Shown: positions 19,064-29,677 of the stretch, piece after piece
Numbering within the stretch: position 1 is the first letter of the stretch
Layout of the letters: the number at the start of each line of letters is the position of its first letter
Source: Armatimonadota bacterium
GTDB taxonomy: Bacteria; Armatimonadota; Zipacnadia; Zipacnadales; VGFC01
Reading direction: 5' to 3'
Length of the DNA: 64,000 bases
NCBI GenBank assembly: GCA_016869045.1
Contig: VGFC01000003.1
Location: 2,170-66,169 of the forward strand
Notes under the pieces: generated by a model
What the model was told of the DNA's origin: nothing
What the model saw: the letters and a program-made list of their open reading frames with translations, nothing else
The model's database searches: none
Program-made: the position numbers and the translations under genes

Positions 19064-22000
19064 ATGTATCGGAGTCGATTGGTCGGCAGGTCGCTGCGGT
19101 ACTTGCCGGCGGCCGTGGTCGCGGCTGCCCTTCTCGCGTTGCTCTCCACATCGGCATCGGCGAAGTTCACGATCATCACTGTCCGCGATCCTGCGTCGGG
19201 GCGTACGGCGCAGGCCGTGGACGGGCGCGTGATCGTGGTGACGAGAGCGGGTGCCACGGCGACCCAGATGCGGGCCCTGTTCCATCAGGCGGGCGCGGTC
19301 TCGGCACGGCCCATCTGCCACGCCCTGGCCTGGGTCGTCGAGCTGCCGCCCGGGCAGTCGGTGGCGAGGGGGGTGGAGCGGTACTCGGCCAGCAGCCTCG
19401 TGGCCAGGGCCGGTCCGGACATCCTCGAGCAGTATGCGGGCGTGCGCAGCCTGCCTCTTGCGGTCCGCGACCGGCCGCAGATCATCCCCAACGACCCCAT
19501 GTGGGGCCAGCTGTGGGGCATGCAGAAGATCGGCGCGGACGCCGCTTGGGATACCCAGACGGGCAGTCCCACCGTGGTCTGCGCCGTCATCGACTCCGGG
19601 ACGGACTACACGCACCCAGACCTCACCGGGCGGGAGTGGATCAACGCGGGCGAGACTGCCGGCGACGGCATCGACAATGACAATAACGGGTACGTGGACG
19701 ACGTGCGCGGGTGGGACTTCCTCGACAACGACAATGACCCGGGTCCTGCCGACGCCTCCGGCTTCCCAGAGCCCCACGGGACCCACGTCGCGGGCACGGT
19801 CGGGGCCACGGCGAACAACGCCACCGGCGTTGTGGGCGTGACGTGGACCTGCAAGCTCATGCTCCTGCGGATCGGGAACGCGGCGGGGCTGCCGACGAGC
19901 GCCTCATATGAGGCCATCACGTATGCTGCGGACAACGGCGCCGATGTCGCCAACATGTCCTATGGCGGGATGTTCGACCCGGGATACGACACGCCGCTGG
20001 GGTATGCGTACGGCAATGGCGTGGTGCTCTGTGCCGCGACCGGCAACTCGGCCTGGGAGTTCACCCTCGACCCGAACACGTGGGATTCCCCGGTCTGTAA
20101 CGACGGGATCGCCGGCGTTGACAACAAGGTCATCGGGGTCTCGGCCAGTGACGAGAACGACCTGAAGACGGACTTCTCCAACTACGGAGGCGCCTACAAG
20201 TTCGTGGACGTCTGTGCGCCGGGCATCAACATCCTCAGTACCGTGCCAGGCGGAATCTACGAATCGTGGGCGGGGACCTCGATGGCTTGCCCCCACGTGG
20301 TGGGGCTGGCGGGGCTGGTTGTCTCGGAGATTGGCAAGGACAAGCCGCAGGCCATCATCGACCAGATCCGGGACACTGCGGTCAACATCGATGCCCTGAA
20401 CCCGATGTATGCCGGCAAGCTCGGGACGGGCCGCATCGACGCGGCCGAAGCCGTCAACTTCGACGCGCCACCTAGGCCGGCTACGACGGTCAACGCCTTC
20501 GACACGGCGAACGACGAGGGAGGCAGCTGCACGATTACCTGGCGCAAGTCGCCCGATGACGGCGCGGGGCGAGGCGATGTGGTCGGCTACGAGCTATGGC
20601 GTGGGACCCAGCCCGACCCGACGACGTCAACCTTCGTCAGGGTCGCCGATCGCACGGCCCTCCCGGCGGGGAAGTCCGGGTACATCGACGCTAACCCTCA
20701 CGCCGACCCCAAGCTGGACCTGGTGGATGGGCAGAACTACTACTACTACGTGCGCACGTTCGACAGCTCCTTCTCTGCGGACTCGACCGTAAGCGCGGCC
20801 GCCTCGCCGCGGGACGACTCCTCACCACCGGCCATCGCGAATCTCCTGGCCCAGGACACCCAGGCCGACAACGGGCGGTCGATCACGCTGAGCTGGGTAG
20901 GCTACACCGGCTCGGCCGATCTGCAGCAATTCAAGGTGTACCGCAGTCTCGCCGAGTTTACGTCCGTGACCGAGGACGACGTCGAGTTGGTCGCCGAGGG
21001 CCTCAGCCCGAGCACGCGCAACTACGTGGACAAGGCCACGGACCCCAACGCCGACCCGACCGACCCCGAGGCCCAGCCGCTCGACCAGACCGACTACTGG
21101 TATGCGGTGACGGCGCTCGATGAGGTCGGCAACGCGGTCACGACCGTGACACCCACCGGCCCCGCGCAGTGCGCGCCGAACCTGTCCATCACGTTCAGCT
21201 ACGGCCTGCGCATGATCACCGTGCCCGCCGAGCCGATCGACCCGAGCCCGGTCTCCGTGTTCGGGTTCACGGATGCGACGACTGCGCAGTTCGCGCGCTA
21301 CGACTCGCTGAGCCAGTCGTACCACACGGTCGCGCAGAATCCCGACGACCCCTATCTGACGATCGTCCCGGGCCGAGCGTTCTGGCTGAACCGTGACCTC
21401 CCGAGCTTCATCGGTGTGGGAGGGCGACTGGTGGACGAGGATGAGACCGAAGTGGCGCTCGGGCAGGGATGGAACCAGATCGGCTGCCCGTACGACGCCG
21501 AGTACCCCTTCGAGGGAATCACGGTGCGCGACTCGTTCGGAACCGACACCGCGATTGTGGCGTCAAACCAAGGACTGGTGAGGAAGTACGGGTGGCGCTA
21601 TGATGCGTTCCAGCGCAGCTACCGGCTCGTATCGGCCACGCTTCCCGGCGCGGATACTGCGCTCCCGCAGCGCGAGGGGGTGTGGGTCCATGCCCTGCAG
21701 GCCGGTGCGAAGCTCGTGTTCGCAAAGAACGTGGTCGTTCCCGCCGAGGCCCCGGCGGCCAGCCCCGCCAAGCTCGACGGCTGGCAGATTCGGCTCATCG
21801 CCAAGACCGCGAAGGCGCTGGATACCGACAACTTCATTGGCGTAACGTCGGCGGCCCCCGCGATTGGCCGGATCGTGAGCCCGCCGCCGGTAGCCGGAGG
21901 CGTCGATCTCTACCTGGCGGGCGGCGGCACGGAGCGACTGGCGACGGACCTGCGGAAGACGCTCGGCGCCAAGGCGGAGTGGCAGGTCACGGTTGAGTGC

Positions 22001-22489
22001 GCCCAGGCAGACGCGGATGTCGAGTTGTCGTGGCCCGACCTGACGACGGTCCCGAACGACCTCCGGCCCGTCCTGAAGGACCTGGCGACGGGGCGGTCGG
22101 TCTACATGCGAACCGCGACGGGTTACACGTACCACTCGCGAGCGGCCGGAGAGCAGCGCAAGTTCGAGATCGTGTTGGCGGGCCCGGCGGTTGGCCCGGT
22201 CGTGACGCAGATGGCGGCGACACCGGCAAAGGCCGGCGGCGTCGAGTTGACCTACACGCTGGCGCGGACCGCGGATGTGACGATCGAGGTGCGCAACCTC
22301 GCCGGGCGGCTCGTGGCGACGGTTGCGGCGCCGCAGGGCCAGGTCGGCCTGAACCGCGTCCTCTGGAACGGACAGGCCGCCGGAGGACAGGGCGTACCGA
22401 GCGGACGGTACGTGATCTCTATCACAGCGGTCGCCGATGACAACGGCGAAACCGTCCGCGCGCTGAAGCCGGTGACGTTGGCTCGCTAG
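19064..22489 (+). CDS. S8 (subtilisin) serine peptidase with Fn3-like repeats and C-terminal FlgD-Ig domain
   Basis: Signal peptide; triad AVIDSG/HGTHVAG/GTSMACP; C-terminal EVRNLAGRLV..WNGQ..G..VPSGRY. Confidence 0.93.
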   Translation: MYRSRLVGRSLRYLPAAVVAAALLALLSTSASAKFTIITVRDPASGRTAQAVDGRVIVVTRAGATATQMRALFHQAGAVSARPICHALAWVVELPPGQSVARGVERYSASSLVARAGPDILEQYAGVRSLPLAVRDRPQIIPNDPMWGQLWGMQKIGADAAWDTQTGSPTVVCAVIDSGTDYTHPDLTGREWINAGETAGDGIDNDNNGYVDDVRGWDFLDNDNDPGPADASGFPEPHGTHVAGTVGATANNATGVVGVTWTCKLMLLRIGNAAGLPTSASYEAITYAADNGADVANMSYGGMFDPGYDTPLGYAYGNGVVLCAATGNSAWEFTLDPNTWDSPVCNDGIAGVDNKVIGVSASDENDLKTDFSNYGGAYKFVDVCAPGINILSTVPGGIYESWAGTSMACPHVVGLAGLVVSEIGKDKPQAIIDQIRDTAVNIDALNPMYAGKLGTGRIDAAEAVNFDAPPRPATTVNAFDTANDEGGSCTITWRKSPDDGAGRGDVVGYELWRGTQPDPTTSTFVRVADRTALPAGKSGYIDANPHADPKLDLVDGQNYYYYVRTFDSSFSADSTVSAAASPRDDSSPPAIANLLAQDTQADNGRSITLSWVGYTGSADLQQFKVYRSLAEFTSVTEDDVELVAEGLSPSTRNYVDKATDPNADPTDPEAQPLDQTDYWYAVTALDEVGNAVTTVTPTGPAQCAPNLSITFSYGLRMITVPAEPIDPSPVSVFGFTDATTAQFARYDSLSQSYHTVAQNPDDPYLTIVPGRAFWLNRDLPSFIGVGGRLVDEDETEVALGQGWNQIGCPYDAEYPFEGITVRDSFGTDTAIVASNQGLVRKYGWRYDAFQRSYRLVSATLPGADTALPQREGVWVHALQAGAKLVFAKNVVVPAEAPAASPAKLDGWQIRLIAKTAKALDTDNFIGVTSAAPAIGRIVSPPPVAGGVDLYLAGGGTERLATDLRKTLGAKAEWQVTVECAQADADVELSWPDLTTVPNDLRPVLKDLATGRSVYMRTATGYTYHSRAAGEQRKFEIVLAGPAVGPVVTQMAATPAKAGGVELTYTLARTADVTIEVRNLAGRLVATVAAPQGQVGLNRVLWNGQAAGGQGVPSGRYVISITAVADDNGETVRALKPVTLAR

Positions 22490-22567
22490 CCGCCTTGCCC
22501 AATCGGGGGCGCCGCCCCGCCGATGCGGGCGGGGCAGGAACAACACTCCGAACGGGCAAGCAGGCAG

Positions 22568-25500
22568 ATGCCGAGTCCAGAACACAGACATCCGTCTACG
22601 CGTCGTGTGCGAACGGGCTGCCGGGCGCGAATCCTCGCCCACGGCGGCCCGTTGGTGGTTCTACTGGTTGGACTGGGGGCCCTCGTGCTCCCTGGCCGCG
22701 CCCAAGACAGCTTCCTCCCCCTCGTCGATCGTCCGGGCCCTCCCATACGCGGCATCGACAGCCTTGGGCGGCCCCAGTTCCGCCTGCCCCAAGCCGTCGC
22801 CAATCGGCTGGTCGTCCAGCTTCGCCCCGGGCAGCGGCCCGAGGCGGCGGAGGCTGTCGCGCGACGTCTCGGCGGTCGCGTGCGGCGTGTGCTGCCGCGG
22901 TTCGGGATGGCGATCATCGAGCTCCCGCCGGGCTGGGATCTGGCTCAGGCCGAGGTGACGGCCTCGGCCGCCCCGGAGGTGGAGTTTGCCGAGCCCGACA
23001 TGTTGGTCTACCTCACCGCGATGCCGGCCGACCCGCGCTACGGCGAGCAGTGGCATCACCCGCTCATCCGGTCATCCGAGGCCTGGGACGTAACCACCGG
23101 CGTGAGGGGAACCGTCATCGCCGTGATCGACTCGGGAGTGGACCTGGACCACCCCGACTTGGCCAGCAAGATCTGGACCAACCCCGGCGAGACGCCCGAT
23201 AACGGGAAGGACGACGATGGGAACGGGCTCATCGACGACGTGCACGGCTGGGACTTTCTGGCCAACAACAACGACCCGCAGCCCTCGCCGGACGGGAACG
23301 ACAACGACGGCAACGGCGAGGCGGATGACCAAGTGACCCATGGCACGTTGGTGGCCGGGCTGGCGGCGGCGGCGGCGAACACGTTCGGCACCGTCGGCGT
23401 GAACTGGAAGGCGCGGGTCCTGCCCATCCAGGTCTTCCCCGATGACGGCGGCACGGCGGTATCGACGGTCATCGAGGGCATGGACTATGCCATTGCTATG
23501 CACGCGGACGTCATCAACCTCAGCCTCGGAGGCGGGTACACGCCATCGTTCAACGCCCCGATCCGGGCGGCGTACCAGGCGGGCGTAACGGTCGTCGTCG
23601 CCTCAGGCAATGCCGGGCAGGAGTTCACGAAGAACTCCTCGACCTGGGCCTCGCCGGCCTGTAACGACGGGCCGAACGTGGGTGTGGACAACTTCGTCCT
23701 GGGCGTGGGCGGCACCGACCAGAGCAACCGGCACTGCTCCTTCAGCAACCTCGACGGCTCCGGCTACCGCTTCGTGGATGTCTCGGCGCCCGGCCAGGCT
23801 GTGTTCGGACCGGGCTACCAGAACGACAGCTTCCCGGCCTTCCAGGCGTACTTCGCCAAGGGCACGGGCACGTCGTTTTCCTCACCCATCGTGGCCGGCC
23901 TGGCCGCGCTGGTGAAGGCCCACAAGCCGGGGGCCACCAACGCGCAGATCATCGAGCGGATCCGCCAGACGACCGACAACATCGACGGCGTCAACCCGGG
24001 TTTCGTGGGCAAGCTGGGCACGGGGCGAATCAACGCGGCGCGCGCACTGGGCGTCGATCTGCCGCCGGCGGCGGTGCGCAATCTGCGGGCGCAGGATACC
24101 GCCGGCGACCAGGGCGGCTCGACCACGTTGCGCTGGTTGCGTTCGACCGATGATGGCGGCGGCGCGCAGGACGTTGCAGAGTACATCATCAAGCGGTCCC
24201 CCACGGCGGAGGGGCCGTTCAGTACGCAGGCCTCGGTTCCCGCGGGCACCGACACGTACGCCGACACGAACGTCGCCAACCACGTGGACTACTACTACGT
24301 GGTGACGACGCGCGACGCGGTCGGACAGACTACCGATTCGGACGTCGCCGGGCCCGCTCAGGCCCGCGACGATACACCTCCGCCGGCGGTCCAGGGGGTC
24401 ACGGCCGACGACCTCCCGAACGACGCGGGGGGCGCGATCCGCGTCGCGTGGACGCAGTATGCCGCCCCAACCGACTTCGCCGCCCTTCGTGTGTATCGGG
24501 CCAAGTTCAAGTTCGTCAACGTCCTGGGCATGACGCCGATCGCCACACTGACAGACCCGAACGCCACCTCCTACGAGGATGCGGCGACAACGGACGGTGT
24601 AGACTACTGGTACGCCGTCACCGCGGTCGATGCCGAGCCGAATGAGATCACCGACGTGACGGCTGCCGGACCGGTGCAGTCCTTCCCGAACCAGGGCATT
24701 GCGGTTGCGCCCGGATTGCACTTCATGGCCACCCCGATCGTGCCTGCCGACCTCGATCCGGCGGCGTTCTTTGGGATCGCGCCTCAGGACCTCACATACG
24801 CACGATTCGACCCCACGGCACAAGGGGGGCAGGGGCAGTACATCTTCTACGAGATGGCGCCTACCAGCCCTCTCGTGTTGCTCGGTCTCGGAAAGGGGTT
24901 CTGGTTCCACACCGATGGGCAGGTCGTGGTGAACCCCGTGGGCGACGTCGCGGCGAGCGGGCCCTTTGCGATTGACCTGGAGCCGGGCTGGCGGCAGATC
25001 GGGAACCCCTTCCTGACCCAGACGGATTTCACGGCGGCGACGGTAGAGGACGGGTCCATAACAATGGACCTGGCGAGCGCCGAGGCGGCAGGGATCATGC
25101 GGCGCTTCGCCTGGGCGTATGACCCCTCTACGGGGGACTACGTGCTGATCGACCGCGTGGTCGGCGGAGGGCAACGGCTCATTGCGCCATGGGAGGGGTT
25201 CTGGGTCTACGTGATGAAGGCGTGCCGGCTGGTTCTCGACCGGAGACCGACGACGGTCGCGTCGCAGGCCGTGCCGACGAGGCTGCGCAAACCGACGTGG
25301 CAGGTTCAACTCGTCGCGCGCAGCGGAAGCCGCGTCGATGCCCCGAACTACGTCGGTGTGGCCGCCGAGCCGGAGCGACTGGATGTGGAAGCACCCCCGG
25401 CCTTCGGCAGCGGCGTGCGGCTGGACTTGCGGACGGCCACCGGTGGGCGCTATGCCGCGACCTTCCGCAAGCCTTCGGCCGGGACGCTCGAGTGGACCTT

Positions 25501-25996
25501 CACCGTTGCCGTGGACGCGCCGGGGGAGGTCACGATCGCCGCGCCCGATCTGAGCCCTGTCCCGCCCGAGTACGGGGTCGTGCTGACCGACCTGGACGCC
25601 CGGCGGCAGACTCAGCTGCGCACGCTGTCGTCGTATCGGTACACGGCGGAGTCCGCCGGCGACCGGCATTTCCGCCTGACGGTGAAGCGAGAGGCAAGCG
25701 CGCTGGCCATCACGAGCCTGGCCGCCACGCCCCTCCGCGGGGGCGGCACGGAGGTGCGGTTCGCGTTGACCTCGGCCGCGAACTGCGACGTGGAAGTGCT
25801 CAACATCGCGGGGCGCCCGGTCCGACGGCTAATAATGTCGGAGGATTATGCGGCAGGGCAGCAGGTGATCTTGTGGAATGGGCGAACTGATACGGGTGTG
25901 CCGGCGCCCAACGGGACGTACCTGATCCGGGTACGGGCTCGTTCGGCCGCCGGAGCGGTTGTGCACGCGCTCTCAAGCGCCACCATTCTGCGCTAA
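22568..25996 (+). CDS. S8 serine peptidase paralog with Fn3-like repeats and C-terminal FlgD-Ig domain
   Basis: Triad AVIDSG/HGTLVAG/GTSFSSP; EVLNIAGRPVRRL..WNGRTDTGVPAPNGTY; start position uncertain. Confidence 0.9.
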   Translation: MPSPEHRHPSTRRVRTGCRARILAHGGPLVVLLVGLGALVLPGRAQDSFLPLVDRPGPPIRGIDSLGRPQFRLPQAVANRLVVQLRPGQRPEAAEAVARRLGGRVRRVLPRFGMAIIELPPGWDLAQAEVTASAAPEVEFAEPDMLVYLTAMPADPRYGEQWHHPLIRSSEAWDVTTGVRGTVIAVIDSGVDLDHPDLASKIWTNPGETPDNGKDDDGNGLIDDVHGWDFLANNNDPQPSPDGNDNDGNGEADDQVTHGTLVAGLAAAAANTFGTVGVNWKARVLPIQVFPDDGGTAVSTVIEGMDYAIAMHADVINLSLGGGYTPSFNAPIRAAYQAGVTVVVASGNAGQEFTKNSSTWASPACNDGPNVGVDNFVLGVGGTDQSNRHCSFSNLDGSGYRFVDVSAPGQAVFGPGYQNDSFPAFQAYFAKGTGTSFSSPIVAGLAALVKAHKPGATNAQIIERIRQTTDNIDGVNPGFVGKLGTGRINAARALGVDLPPAAVRNLRAQDTAGDQGGSTTLRWLRSTDDGGGAQDVAEYIIKRSPTAEGPFSTQASVPAGTDTYADTNVANHVDYYYVVTTRDAVGQTTDSDVAGPAQARDDTPPPAVQGVTADDLPNDAGGAIRVAWTQYAAPTDFAALRVYRAKFKFVNVLGMTPIATLTDPNATSYEDAATTDGVDYWYAVTAVDAEPNEITDVTAAGPVQSFPNQGIAVAPGLHFMATPIVPADLDPAAFFGIAPQDLTYARFDPTAQGGQGQYIFYEMAPTSPLVLLGLGKGFWFHTDGQVVVNPVGDVAASGPFAIDLEPGWRQIGNPFLTQTDFTAATVEDGSITMDLASAEAAGIMRRFAWAYDPSTGDYVLIDRVVGGGQRLIAPWEGFWVYVMKACRLVLDRRPTTVASQAVPTRLRKPTWQVQLVARSGSRVDAPNYVGVAAEPERLDVEAPPAFGSGVRLDLRTATGGRYAATFRKPSAGTLEWTFTVAVDAPGEVTIAAPDLSPVPPEYGVVLTDLDARRQTQLRTLSSYRYTAESAGDRHFRLTVKREASALAITSLAATPLRGGGTEVRFALTSAANCDVEVLNIAGRPVRRLIMSEDYAAGQQVILWNGRTDTGVPAPNGTYLIRVRARSAAGAVVHALSSATILR

Positions 25997-26058
25997 GCCC
26001 GCCGTCGCGATCGACGGCGCCGGCACCCACTCCGAATGAGGAAAGGGCTGAAGGAAGC

Positions 26059-27093
26059 ATGATCCGAGGCCGCTGGACATCGATCATCGTCGGGACAGCA
26101 CTCATCACCTTGGCGGCGGGTATCGTCGGCTGCGGCAGTGGCGCGGGGTTTCCGGGCGGCGGCGGACCGCCCCCGCCTCCGCCACCTCCGGCTCAAGGCA
26201 CGGCCAGCATCCAGGGAGTGGTTGTGGACTCGCAGAACACGGCGACCCGGATTGCCGGGGCCGAGGTCCGCCTGGCGGCGGATGGTCAGGCTGACCGTGC
26301 CTGCGTGTTGACGGATGGGAACGGGAGCTTCAGGCTGGACAAGCTACAGGCGGGCGGGGTGAACGTCGAGGTCACGTTCCCCTCGACGCCGACCTATCAG
26401 GCCATGATCGTGCCGGTCGATACGGTCAAGGACAAGACGACCGTTGTGACCATCGCGGCCCTGCGGTCCGGCGTGACCCCGCCAACCTCGGTGACGCTCT
26501 CGCCCTCCGATGCGCAGGTCGATGTGGGCGGCGAGGTGCAGTTCGACGCCGATGTGCGCATCTACGGGGTACCGGCGAACATCGTGCCGAGCTTCTCACT
26601 CCTGGGCGACATCGGCACCTTGCTGCCCTCGGGGCTGTTCACCGCCACGAAGGTCGGCACGGGGGAGGTCACGGCGTTCTTCCCGCAAGCCAGCGTGAGC
26701 GCCAATGTTGAAGTGATCGGACCGAGGGTCCCTCAGCTCGGCACCCTGGCGGTGTCCCCGACGAACCTCCCAGCCGACGGCGGGCCGGTCCGCATCGCGA
26801 TCAGCGCCACCGACGGCAACGGGATCGCCCGCGTGGAGGCGAAGATCGTCACGCTCAACAAGGCGCCCGGTACGCTGGTCCTCCTGCTGGACTCGGGCAA
26901 CGATCGGGACGGCTCCTGGGCCGGCACGTTCACCGCTCCCGCGAACAGCAACCCGATCGGATGGGACGGCGTGCAGCTCGACCAGCGCTACAGCGTGCAG
27001 GTCAAGGTCACCGACCGTAGCGGCACCTCGACGAAGTCCGGCTGGGTGGACTTCGTCGTCGCAGGCCTCGAGGCGCCCCCGGGCCCGCCATAG
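26059..27093 (+). CDS. Lipoprotein with carboxypeptidase-regulatory-like and Ig-like domains
   Basis: Lipobox IVGC, poly-Pro linker, IQGVVVD..IAGAEV..TDGNGSFRL; ends EAPPGPP. Confidence 0.8.
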   Translation: MIRGRWTSIIVGTALITLAAGIVGCGSGAGFPGGGGPPPPPPPPAQGTASIQGVVVDSQNTATRIAGAEVRLAADGQADRACVLTDGNGSFRLDKLQAGGVNVEVTFPSTPTYQAMIVPVDTVKDKTTVVTIAALRSGVTPPTSVTLSPSDAQVDVGGEVQFDADVRIYGVPANIVPSFSLLGDIGTLLPSGLFTATKVGTGEVTAFFPQASVSANVEVIGPRVPQLGTLAVSPTNLPADGGPVRIAISATDGNGIARVEAKIVTLNKAPGTLVLLLDSGNDRDGSWAGTFTAPANSNPIGWDGVQLDQRYSVQVKVTDRSGTSTKSGWVDFVVAGLEAPPGPP

Positions 27094-27123
27094 ACGCCCG
27101 GGCGCGGATGGCAGGACATGACG

Positions 27124-27152
27124 CGAGCGCCGCCCACCTTGGGCGGCGCTCG
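27124..27152. terminator. Perfect 13-bp hairpin between convergent genes
   Basis: cgagcgccgccca-cct-tgggcggcgctcg; no U-tract. Confidence 0.55.
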
Positions 27153-27178
27153 ATGTTGGCAGAGCTTGGCCGGACCTG

Positions 27179-27292
27179 CTAGCGGAGCAGCGCGACTCCG
27201 CTGACCCCCAGCCACGACAGCGCCACCACGATCCCCACGGCAATCTGCCACCACTCGACCCCGCGCTTCGTGGTCTCCGGAACGTACGCCAT
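27179..27292 (-). CDS. Small single-pass membrane protein (37 aa)
   Basis: MAYVPETTKRGVEWWQIAVGIVVALSWLGVSGVALLR*, GGAAGGG RBS upstream. Confidence 0.5.
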   Translation of the reverse strand: MAYVPETTKRGVEWWQIAVGIVVALSWLGVSGVALLR

Positions 27293-27408
27293 GCGACTCA
27301 CACCCTTCCCGTGTTGAGGGCTGCCTCTGTTGCTGCCTCTACCACACTTCACGGGATATGCCGCATGGTTTGCGCGTCAGGCCGCGTAAACATGCCGTCA
27401 CGCGGCGC

Positions 27409-28494
27409 CTACGTGTGGTCCTTCAGCCACTTGATCGCGTCGTCGGCTTCGGTCTCGCTGCGCGCCCAGCAGCTGTACATGACCTTCTCGGGCTTCAGGC
27501 GCTCGTGGAAGAAAGGCAGTTGCTCGACACTGCAGTTGATGTCCAGCCCCTTGCCGTAGGTCTGGATCTTCTGGAACAGCTCGATGTAGTGGTCATGGCC
27601 CGGGTTGCGCGCGCCCGGGACCCAGCTGATCACATCGAGGTCCTTGATCGAGCAGATGTCGGCCAGATGGACGAGCGCATCGGGCCCGTCGTAGTGGTAG
27701 ACGGAGTGATCCAGGAAGCTGCACTCCTCCTCGAGGGCGGGGATCACCCAGCGGCGCGCCATCTCGGGAGAGAGCAGACAGATGAAGTCACACTGCGTGT
27801 AGCTCGTCCGCCCTTCGCCGTAGAAGGGTCCCCAGCCAAGCGATCCCCACCGGTCCATCTTCCCCGCGTAGTACACGCCGCAGTAGACCTCGAAGTAGAT
27901 GCGCCGCACGTCCGCGATCGCCCGATCGACGAGTTCCGGGCAATCGTACAGGTCCAGGCACAGGCGCTCGGGCAGGCGCATCGCCGCGAGGGCATCGAAG
28001 TTCGAGTGCAGGTCCAGGTGCGAGCAGAGCACCTTGCCCTCGCAACGCTCGACGAAGCGGCGGACGAAGTCGATCATCTGAACCCACAGCGGGTTGTGCA
28101 CGTCCAGCTCGAGGGGCAACACGTCGGCCCAGCTCTCGACGGTCGGCATCGACCAGCTCGTGCCGGTGCTGTCCGCCGACCGCGCGAGATCGACGCCCAG
28201 GAAGCCGGCGAACATGTCCGGGCCGAAGCTCGGCGTGAAGCACGGCAAGGCCTCGCCCGCGAAGTAGGTGGTCGCGGCGTTCTCCAGCACCATGTCGATC
28301 GCGCGGTCGAAGTTGCCGTCATGGCCGGCCATGTACTCGGGGCCGGGCCTCGGGTCGCAGCCCTCCTTGGGGGCGCGAATCATCACCCCTGGGCGGTCGA
28401 TGATCTCTCCCGCCCAGAAGGCCTCCCAGTACCGGCGGGCTTCGGCGAAGTCGGGCTTGAACTCCAGCGAGTCAGGCATCTCAAAGGCGGGCAT
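27409..28494 (-). CDS. URO-D/methyltransferase-family protein
   Basis: ATG at 28494 with GGAGG RBS; QCDFICLLSPEM, YHYDGPDA, ISWVPGA. Confidence 0.75.
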   Translation of the reverse strand: MPAFEMPDSLEFKPDFAEARRYWEAFWAGEIIDRPGVMIRAPKEGCDPRPGPEYMAGHDGNFDRAIDMVLENAATTYFAGEALPCFTPSFGPDMFAGFLGVDLARSADSTGTSWSMPTVESWADVLPLELDVHNPLWVQMIDFVRRFVERCEGKVLCSHLDLHSNFDALAAMRLPERLCLDLYDCPELVDRAIADVRRIYFEVYCGVYYAGKMDRWGSLGWGPFYGEGRTSYTQCDFICLLSPEMARRWVIPALEEECSFLDHSVYHYDGPDALVHLADICSIKDLDVISWVPGARNPGHDHYIELFQKIQTYGKGLDINCSVEQLPFFHERLKPEKVMYSCWARSETEADDAIKWLKDHT

Positions 28495-28606
28495 GGTGTC
28501 CTCCGGGCGGGCTGACTGACGCACGGGGCGCGTATTCCAGCGGAGAGGGGCCACCCCCTCCTGGCGCGAACACTCGCGCCGCGACACCCCCCTCCCGAAA
28601 GGACGC

Positions 28607-29641
28607 ATGATGAGCTACGAACGAGGTTGGCAGGCCATTCACCTGCAGATGCCCGACCGCATCCCGCACACGGAGTACATCAGCCATCGGCAGTTCACCA
28701 TGAAGGTCACGGGCATCGACCCCGAAGGGCCCGACGGCGGCAAGGCCGGACCCGCGCTGGCGAAGGCCCTGGACTTCGACTTCATCTGGTCCACGTTCGG
28801 GTCTGACTTCGGCCTGCCGAGCAGCCACATGGGGCGCGCCAAGTTCTACGAGACCGAGACACCCTTCCATTCCTACTATGCCTTCGAGACGGTGGACCAG
28901 GTGCTCGCCTTCGACCCCGTCGCGGCCGCGACCAAGCTGCCGACGATGGACGAGTTGACCACGAGCGTTCGGCAGGCGTGGGAGAGCGGGCAGGCCGCCT
29001 ACCCGGACGCGGTCTATCCGGGCGGCTTCTACAACACGGTCTTCACCTGGCCGATCATCACCTTTGGCTGGGACCTGTTCATGCAGGCGGCGATGGACGA
29101 TCCCGAGCGCTTCGATCGCGTGCTCGAGCGGTTCACCGACATCAGCATGATGGTCGTCCAGGCGCATGTGAGGGCCGAGGTCCCGATCTTCTTGTGCCAC
29201 GACGACATCGTGTGGGCCTCGGGCACGGTCTTCCGGCCGGACTGGATGCGCAAGTACGTCTTCCCCCGGCACCGGCGCCTCTGGCAGCCGCTGCGCGAGG
29301 CGGGGACCAAGGTGCTCTTCTGCTCGGACGGCAACTTCGACGAGTATGTGGACGACCTGGCGGAGGCCGGCGCGGAGGGGTTCATCTTCGAGCCGCTGAC
29401 GGACCTGCGCTACATCGTCGAGCGGTACGGGCAGACACACGTCATCATCGGCAACATCGATTCCCGCATCCTGCAGTTCGGCACCCCCGAGCAGATCCGC
29501 GCCGACGTGAAGCGCTGTGCCGACCTGGGCCGCAACTGCCCCGGCTTCTTCTTCGCCGTGGGCAACCACATCCCGTATGCGGTACCGATTCCCAGCGTGG
29601 AATGCTACCTGGAGGCGATCGCGGAATACGGAGTGAGGTGA
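28607..29641 (+). CDS. URO-D family protein, paralog of 10275..11372
   Basis: CHDDIV, FCSDG, IGNIDSRIL, GNHIPY. Confidence 0.85.
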   Translation: MMSYERGWQAIHLQMPDRIPHTEYISHRQFTMKVTGIDPEGPDGGKAGPALAKALDFDFIWSTFGSDFGLPSSHMGRAKFYETETPFHSYYAFETVDQVLAFDPVAAATKLPTMDELTTSVRQAWESGQAAYPDAVYPGGFYNTVFTWPIITFGWDLFMQAAMDDPERFDRVLERFTDISMMVVQAHVRAEVPIFLCHDDIVWASGTVFRPDWMRKYVFPRHRRLWQPLREAGTKVLFCSDGNFDEYVDDLAEAGAEGFIFEPLTDLRYIVERYGQTHVIIGNIDSRILQFGTPEQIRADVKRCADLGRNCPGFFFAVGNHIPYAVPIPSVECYLEAIAEYGVR

Positions 29642-29677
29642 TGGGTGGTGGGTGATAGGTGATGGGGACGGCGACGG

